Assembly: GCA_035063585.1 (NCBI GenBank)
Contig: JAPSGB010000017.1
Location: 22,281 to 86,280 of the forward strand
DNA length: 64,000 nt
Source: Polyangiaceae bacterium
Lineage (GTDB): Bacteria > Myxococcota_A > Polyangia > Polyangiales > Polyangiaceae
Direction: 5' to 3'
This document shows, one piece after another, positions 58,824 to 64,000 of the stretch. The notes below the pieces were generated by a model. That model searched no databases. It was not told where the DNA came from and saw only the letters and a list, made by a program, of their open reading frames with translations. The position numbers and the translations under genes were made by a program. Position 1 is the first letter of the stretch, and each line of letters starts with the position of its first letter.

Positions 58824-59896
58824 CGCTCCGGGTGCTCGGGCTCGAGACCTCCTGCGACGAGACGGCCGCGGCCGTCGTCACGGACTCGGGCGAGGTGCTG
58901 TCGGACGTCGTGCACAGCCAGGTCGAGCTCCACGCGCCGTATGGCGGCGTGGTGCCGGAGCTCGCGTCACGCGACCACCTCACCAACGCGCGACCGGTCA
59001 TCGAGGCGGCGCTCGCGAGGGCGGGGCTGACGCTCGCGGCGCTCGACGGCGTGGCGGTCACCTGCCGCCCCGGGCTCTCGGGCGCGCTCCTGGTCGGCGT
59101 AGAGGTCGCGCAGGGGCTCGCCTGGGCCGCCGGCAAGCCCATCGTGGGCGTCGATCACCTGGTCGGGCATCTGCTCGCGGTGTTCCTGCGTCACCCAGGA
59201 TTGGAGTCGCCGCCCGCGCTCGACTTCCCCTTCGTCGCGCTGCTCGCCTCCGGCGGTCACACCGCGCTCTACCGCGTAGACGGCCCCGAGCACGCGCAGA
59301 TCCGTGAGCTCGGCGCGACGCGGGACGACGCCGCCGGTGAGGCCTACGACAAGGTCGCCAAGCTGCTCGGCCTCGGCTATCCGGGCGGCCCGGTGATCGA
59401 TCGCCTCGCGCATGAGGGCGATCCGAGCGTGATCGAGCTCGCGCGCCCGATGCCACAGCACGCCTCTTTGGAGTTTAGCTTCTCGGGGCTCAAGACCAAC
59501 GTCATGCGCTGGGTCGCCGAGCACGGTCACCCAGGCAACGACGCCGCCCTGCGCGATCTCTGCGCTGCGTTCCAGCGGCGCGTGGTCGACACGCTGGTCG
59601 GCAAGCTCCTCCGCGCCGCCGAGCGCGAGGGAGTGAGGAGCGTGGTCTTGGCAGGCGGGGTCGCCGCCAATCGAGAGCTTCGCGCCCGAGCGGCGGAGGC
59701 GGGCGCGAAGCGCGGGCTCGCGGTGGTCGTGCCACCCTTTCGAAGCTGCACCGACAACGCAGCGATGATTGCTTATGCCGGTTCGGCGCGGCTCCGGCGC
59801 GGGGAGGACGACACCGGCAAGCTCGAGGTGAGCCCGCGCTCCGCGCTCCTGCGCGTCACGCGGAAGGGCCGCGGTGAGCGCCGGAGCGAGCTCTGA
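58820..59896 (+). CDS. tsaD: tRNA threonylcarbamoyladenosine transferase TsaD
   Basis: LGLETSCDETAAA, GGVVPELASRDH, HLVGH, SGGHT, DDAAGEAYDK, CTDNAAMIA. Confidence 0.97.
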   Translation: MTLRVLGLETSCDETAAAVVTDSGEVLSDVVHSQVELHAPYGGVVPELASRDHLTNARPVIEAALARAGLTLAALDGVAVTCRPGLSGALLVGVEVAQGLAWAAGKPIVGVDHLVGHLLAVFLRHPGLESPPALDFPFVALLASGGHTALYRVDGPEHAQIRELGATRDDAAGEAYDKVAKLLGLGYPGGPVIDRLAHEGDPSVIELARPMPQHASLEFSFSGLKTNVMRWVAEHGHPGNDAALRDLCAAFQRRVVDTLVGKLLRAAEREGVRSVVLAGGVAANRELRARAAEAGAKRGLAVVVPPFRSCTDNAAMIAYAGSARLRRGEDDTGKLEVSPRSALLRVTRKGRGERRSEL

Positions 59897-59944
59897 GCCG
59901 CGCGGCGCGCACTGGCGGCCTTCGCGCCGGACCGACCCAGAAGG

Positions 59945-61999
59945 CTACTTTCTCGCCTTCTTCTGAGATTTCTTCGCGGTCGAGCCGCTCTGAGTCTTGG
60001 CGCCCTGGTCCGAGTGGGCGCCCTTCTTCTTGCTCGCCTTGGTCGACTTCTCGTGCTTGGCGCTCGAGACGCCGTCGTCCTTGCCGGGCGCGCTGATCAG
60101 GAACTCGACGAAGTCGCGGCGCAGACGCACCCGATAGCCGGGCACGCCGTCCTTGAACTGGAAGGAGATCTGCGCGCCCGAGCCGCTCGTCGAGGTGCGA
60201 ACGCGCGCGATGCGCGAGTCGCGCTTCTTGATCGCGGCGCCCGTCTCCATCACCTTGCGACCGGGGATGACGACCGTGAACCCGGTCGCGGTGACCACAC
60301 CCTGGATGGCCGCGCCCGGTCCGTCGAGACGGAGCCGGTGCACGGTCGGGGTGCGGACCTTGCCGCGCCCCCACGGATGCACGTCCTGCGGGCGGGTCGC
60401 GGACTTCTTGGCCGTCGGCGGCGGCGCGGGGGGCGCGTCCGGGAACGACTCGTCCTTGGCCGCCTCCATCTCCTGCTGCTCCTCGGTGAGCGCCGGCGCG
60501 GCCGCCTGGGGCGCGTCGGCGAGACCCGCGGAGTCGAGCGGATCGGGGGCAGCGCCGAGCGGCGCGGGTTCCATGGTCGCCATCGGCGTGGCGCCAAAGA
60601 GCGGGACGTCCGCGGTCGCACCGGCGGCGGAGTCGGTCGGCGCCGAGGGCGCGTTCGCGAGCGTCTTGCCTGGGATCGGCGTCGATTCGGCGGCGGCGGC
60701 GATCGGGTTTCCTTGCTCGTCGACCTGCTGGACGTCGCCGTTCACCGCGACCGTCTTGGCGGCGGCGGGGGCCTCGTCGCCGGGGGGCGCGCTCGACTTG
60801 TGCGTCGCGAGCGCGACGACGGTGAGGAGGAGCACCAAGAGGCCGGAGGCGGCAGCGATCTTCTTGCCGCGAGGGGTCTTCCAGGGCGGCGTAGACGGGG
60901 CCGGCGCGACGGCGTCGACGCGCGGAGACGACTGAGGACGAAGCCGGGCCGCCTGACTCGAGAGCACGCCCGACGGCGGCGGCGCGGTGGTGCGACGCGG
61001 CGCCGAGGTGTCCGCTCCGGCGCGCTTGGCGCGGTAGTCCGCGACCTTCGCGCTCGCACCCTTGAAGAGCTGTCCGAGGCCGCGTGCGGCCTTGCCGCCT
61101 GCCTTCGACATCATGGCACCGGCCCCCCGCGCGACCGCGCCGGCGTTCTCCGCGACCCCGCCGAGCTTGGTCTTGAAGGCGCTCGCGTCCTCTATGACGT
61201 CGTCGACGTCGGAGGGCTCGTCGTCATCGTCGGTGCTCGCCGAGGCGGAAAATGCGGCGCGTTCGAAGCGCGGGGTCGGCGCCCGCGGCGCGACCTCGGA
61301 CGAGTCGATGACGCTCGGCTCGGGCGTGGTCTCCTCGGCGTCGTCGAAGCGCAGGGCGACGACCAACTGGGGGATCTGCGAGCTCGGATCGACCACGACG
61401 TCGACGGCGTCGATGACGGCGCCGCGCTTGCCGCCTTGCTCGAGGTCCTCGATGTCGAGGTGGCGACCGACCTTCAGGAACTCGAGGTTCGAGCCGACGT
61501 GGACTTTGTGCGTACCGCCGTCGCGGATGCGAGCCTTCATCGGCGCGCCGAGTCCCTCGATGTGCAGCCGGACACGTCCGCCGGGCTCGGCGCTCGCTCG
61601 GGCTGCCTCGGGCTCGAGCTCACTCGGCGGCGCGGGGCCGACCTCGGGCTCGCTCGGAGCGGCGCCCGCGTCGCAGAGATCCCGGAGCGCGTCGACGCTG
61701 CCGCTGTCGAGCGCCGTGAACTTGATGCCGAACTCGCCTCCACGGACACCCTCACGGCGCCAGGCGACCAGGCCCTCGACCACGATCTCACGACCTTGGT
61801 CCTCGAAGCGGCAGACCAGCGGCGCTCCTTCTTCTGGCAAGTAGGCGGTGCGCACGTGCATGCCGCGCCCGCTTACGTCCACCGATTCCGCCTCGAAGGC
61901 GGGGGTTCCGGGGTCGTTCCCGCAGACCTCCACCAGTGTGGACACCGGAATCCGGCTCACCCCCTTCACGCGGCGCTCATCGCTCTCGGTCATGACCAT
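59945..61999 (-). CDS. PilZ-domain single-TM protein with Pro/Ala-rich periplasmic part and AMIN-like C-terminal domain
   Basis: ERR...SRIP, DVSGRG, FGIKF PilZ motifs; TM LLVLLLTVVALA; the AMIN-like call is tentative. Confidence 0.75.
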   Translation of the reverse strand: MVMTESDERRVKGVSRIPVSTLVEVCGNDPGTPAFEAESVDVSGRGMHVRTAYLPEEGAPLVCRFEDQGREIVVEGLVAWRREGVRGGEFGIKFTALDSGSVDALRDLCDAGAAPSEPEVGPAPPSELEPEAARASAEPGGRVRLHIEGLGAPMKARIRDGGTHKVHVGSNLEFLKVGRHLDIEDLEQGGKRGAVIDAVDVVVDPSSQIPQLVVALRFDDAEETTPEPSVIDSSEVAPRAPTPRFERAAFSASASTDDDDEPSDVDDVIEDASAFKTKLGGVAENAGAVARGAGAMMSKAGGKAARGLGQLFKGASAKVADYRAKRAGADTSAPRRTTAPPPSGVLSSQAARLRPQSSPRVDAVAPAPSTPPWKTPRGKKIAAASGLLVLLLTVVALATHKSSAPPGDEAPAAAKTVAVNGDVQQVDEQGNPIAAAAESTPIPGKTLANAPSAPTDSAAGATADVPLFGATPMATMEPAPLGAAPDPLDSAGLADAPQAAAPALTEEQQEMEAAKDESFPDAPPAPPPTAKKSATRPQDVHPWGRGKVRTPTVHRLRLDGPGAAIQGVVTATGFTVVIPGRKVMETGAAIKKRDSRIARVRTSTSGSGAQISFQFKDGVPGYRVRLRRDFVEFLISAPGKDDGVSSAKHEKSTKASKKKGAHSDQGAKTQSGSTAKKSQKKARK

Positions 62000-62135
62000 C
62001 TGCCTCCCGGGGGAGATCCGCTCTCACTCGCGAGCGGGCTCCACCTCGCTCGCCAGTAGGTCGCGCCGGGCAAAACGGCCAAATTTCGCGCGCAAGGTTG
62101 CTCGGAGCGGCTCCTCTGACCATCATGCCGCCCCG

Positions 62136-63122
62136 ATGGCGCTCACCATCACGGTGCGCACCGGCAACCTCACGACACCTTCGCGCGTCACGCTCGATGC
62201 GCCTCGCCTGGTGATCGGCCGGGGTGACGGCTGCGAGATCCGACTGCCGGATCCAAGCGTCAGTCATCGGCACGCGTCGATCCGCCAGCGCGGGGCCGAC
62301 TATCTGGTGGTGGACGAGGGCAGCACCAACGGGACCTTCATCGGGCAGGTCCGGCTCTCGCCGCAGTCGCCGCGCGTGCTCCGCTCGGGTGAGTTGCTCC
62401 GGGTCGGGCGCATCTGGCTCGAGGTGACCGTCGAGCACGCGGTGCCGGCCTCGAACGCGGCCATGGCGACCAAGGAGCTTGCCCTGGCGCTCGTGGCGCA
62501 GGCGCTCGAGTCGCACGGCGAGGCCGCGTCGGTCCGGGTGACGGTCATCGAGGGGCCGGACTCGGGGCGCGAGCTCGACCTCGCCGAGCTGGGCCGCAGC
62601 TACGTGGTGGGTCGAGGACAGGGCGTGGATCTGGCGCTCGACGACGCGGACGCGTCGCGGCGGCACCTCGAGCTCACCCGCCGCGGCGACCGCTTGAGCG
62701 TTCGTGATCTCGGCTCCAAGAACGGCACTTGGCTCGACGAGCGAGCGCTCACCCCCAACAAGGAGACGCCGTGGCGCGCGGGCGAGACGCTGCGGATCGG
62801 CGCTGATCGGCTGGTCTACGAAGACCCGGTCAGCTTGGCGCTCGAGGAGCTCGAGCGAGCCGCCGACGAGCGGATGCGCGAGGACGAGTCGGTCGAGCCT
62901 CCAGGCGCCGCGCCGGAACTCGAGCGCGCCGCGCCGGCAGAGCGCCTCGAGACGGCCCCCACCGGACGCGACGGCCCCATCGCGGAGGTCCCGGTCGCGC
63001 GGCCGCGTGCGCCGCGGGCGCGCACCGGCTGGAACTCGACCGACGTGCTCGTCGCGTTCCTCGCTCTGGTCGTCATTCTGCTCAGCGTCGCTGGGCTCTG
63101 GTGGCTCTTCCGCACCGGCTGA
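62136..63122 (+). CDS. Double-FHA-domain membrane-anchored protein
   Basis: IGRG...SVSHRHA...GSTNGT and VGRG...ASRRH...GSKNGT; C-terminal TM helix. Confidence 0.92.
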   Translation: MALTITVRTGNLTTPSRVTLDAPRLVIGRGDGCEIRLPDPSVSHRHASIRQRGADYLVVDEGSTNGTFIGQVRLSPQSPRVLRSGELLRVGRIWLEVTVEHAVPASNAAMATKELALALVAQALESHGEAASVRVTVIEGPDSGRELDLAELGRSYVVGRGQGVDLALDDADASRRHLELTRRGDRLSVRDLGSKNGTWLDERALTPNKETPWRAGETLRIGADRLVYEDPVSLALEELERAADERMREDESVEPPGAAPELERAAPAERLETAPTGRDGPIAEVPVARPRAPRARTGWNSTDVLVAFLALVVILLSVAGLWWLFRTG

Positions 63123-63172
63123 GGCCTCCCTCGAGGGCGCCGCGAGGCACGAGAGCTCGGCGCCGGGGTCGC

Positions 63173-63960
63173 TAAATCAACGAGCGCGAATCTCGATCAC
63201 GCGCGTCGGTAGATGGAACTAGAGGGTGTCCCTAGTTCTACGCAAGCCATAGCCACGCGCAGGCGAGCTGTGTGAGCGCGAGGAAGTTCCTCGCAGTCTT
63301 CTCGAAGCGCGTAGCGATGGCGCGGAACCGCTTCAAGCTGTGGAAGAAGCACTCGACGAGGTACCGCTTGGCATAGAGCTCGCGGGACTTCGGCAGCTTC
63401 CTCGGGCGCTCAGGCTTCGAGCCGATCACCGCACGCTTCTTCTTGCCGCGAACGGCCTGTCGGAACTGGTTCGAGTCGTAGCCGGTGTCTGCAATGAATG
63501 CCTTGCCGGGAGCGTGCTCGAGCAGCTCGTCGGCCTTGATCATCTCGTGCCGCTGCCCCGGCGTGATCGCGATGTAGATGGGCCGGCCTTTGGTATCGAC
63601 CACGGCGTGAAGTTTGGTCGAGAAACCGCCTCGAGAACGGCCGAGGGCATTGCTTTGGACCCCCCTCTTCCGCCCGACGCATCTTGGTGGGCACGAACGA
63701 CGGAACCATCGACGATCGCCCTCGGCGGCCGCGTCGTACTTCACTTCCTGCCGCCGTACTGCCCGACGCCAACCGCATCGAACGCGTCTGGCAGGATCCG
63801 CACGCGAACGTGACCCGCAAGCACCGTCGCAAGACGATGAATCACCTCCTCGCCAACGCCCGCGACTACCTGACCGCCCACGTCTGGCGTCGGGTGACGG
63901 GCGCGGCTCCGCTCTGCAAGGCCGCGTGATGCCTGTAGCGGAATCAAGATCGGTGACTTG
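63173..63960 (+). mobile_element. Degenerate IS630-family element (both ends plus transposase C-terminus at ~63720-63929), interrupted by IS5
   Basis: VVLHFLPPYCP[frameshift]DANRIERVWQDPHANVTRKHR; left end CTAAATCAACGAGCGCGAATC versus reverse complement of right end CCAAGTCACCGATCTTGATTC (14/21). Confidence 0.7.
63222..63720 (-). mobile_element. 5'-truncated IS5-family (IS427-like) element
   Basis: AIVDGSVVRAHQDASG, then -1 frame change at AAGAGGGGGG to LGRSRGGFSTKLH...ADTGYDS...YAKRYLVECFF...ATRFEK; end reads CTAGAGGGTGTCC. Confidence 0.85.
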
Positions 63961-64000
63961 GAGCGGTCGACACCTGCGCATCACGGTGCTAGACCTCCCT

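Overview
Very GC-rich (roughly 70-75% by eye) bacterial chromosome segment. Gene content points to Myxococcota, probably Polyangia/Polyangiaceae-like (inference from PEGA, AgmX/PglI-like, FHA, PilZ, TPR/HEAT proteins and Cys-rich, Gly-rich lipoproteins). The backbone is housekeeping: ffh, thiO, purM-purN, rsmD, truA, gltB-gltD, trpE-like, dnaJ, aguB-aguA, tsaD and tRNA-Leu(TAG). Main points of interest: (1) next to the tRNA-Leu 3' end, a translationally coupled pair made of a frameshifted ~128-aa PII/ferredoxin-fold protein with SAM-lyase-like motifs and a small putative DNA-binding protein, a candidate undescribed toxin-antitoxin or anti-defence module; (2) a serine palmitoyltransferase + bacterial ceramide synthase locus with a convergent SDR; (3) a ~1-kb islet bracketed by a 212-bp diverged duplication of the dnaJ 3' end, carrying a 232-bp IS4-like miniature element and a lipoprotein; (4) an orphan FliI/YscN ATPase beside a REP-like repeat mosaic; (5) a DNA methyltransferase + PD-(D/E)XK nuclease pair; (6) an IS5 nested in an IS630 and collapsed by deletion; (7) a recurrent TANNNT-like box 6-10 nt upstream of start codons, suggesting widespread leaderless mRNAs; (8) an isolated AT-rich palindrome between gltD and trpE. 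No CRISPR array or rRNA was seen. All family assignments are by motif recognition, not database search.
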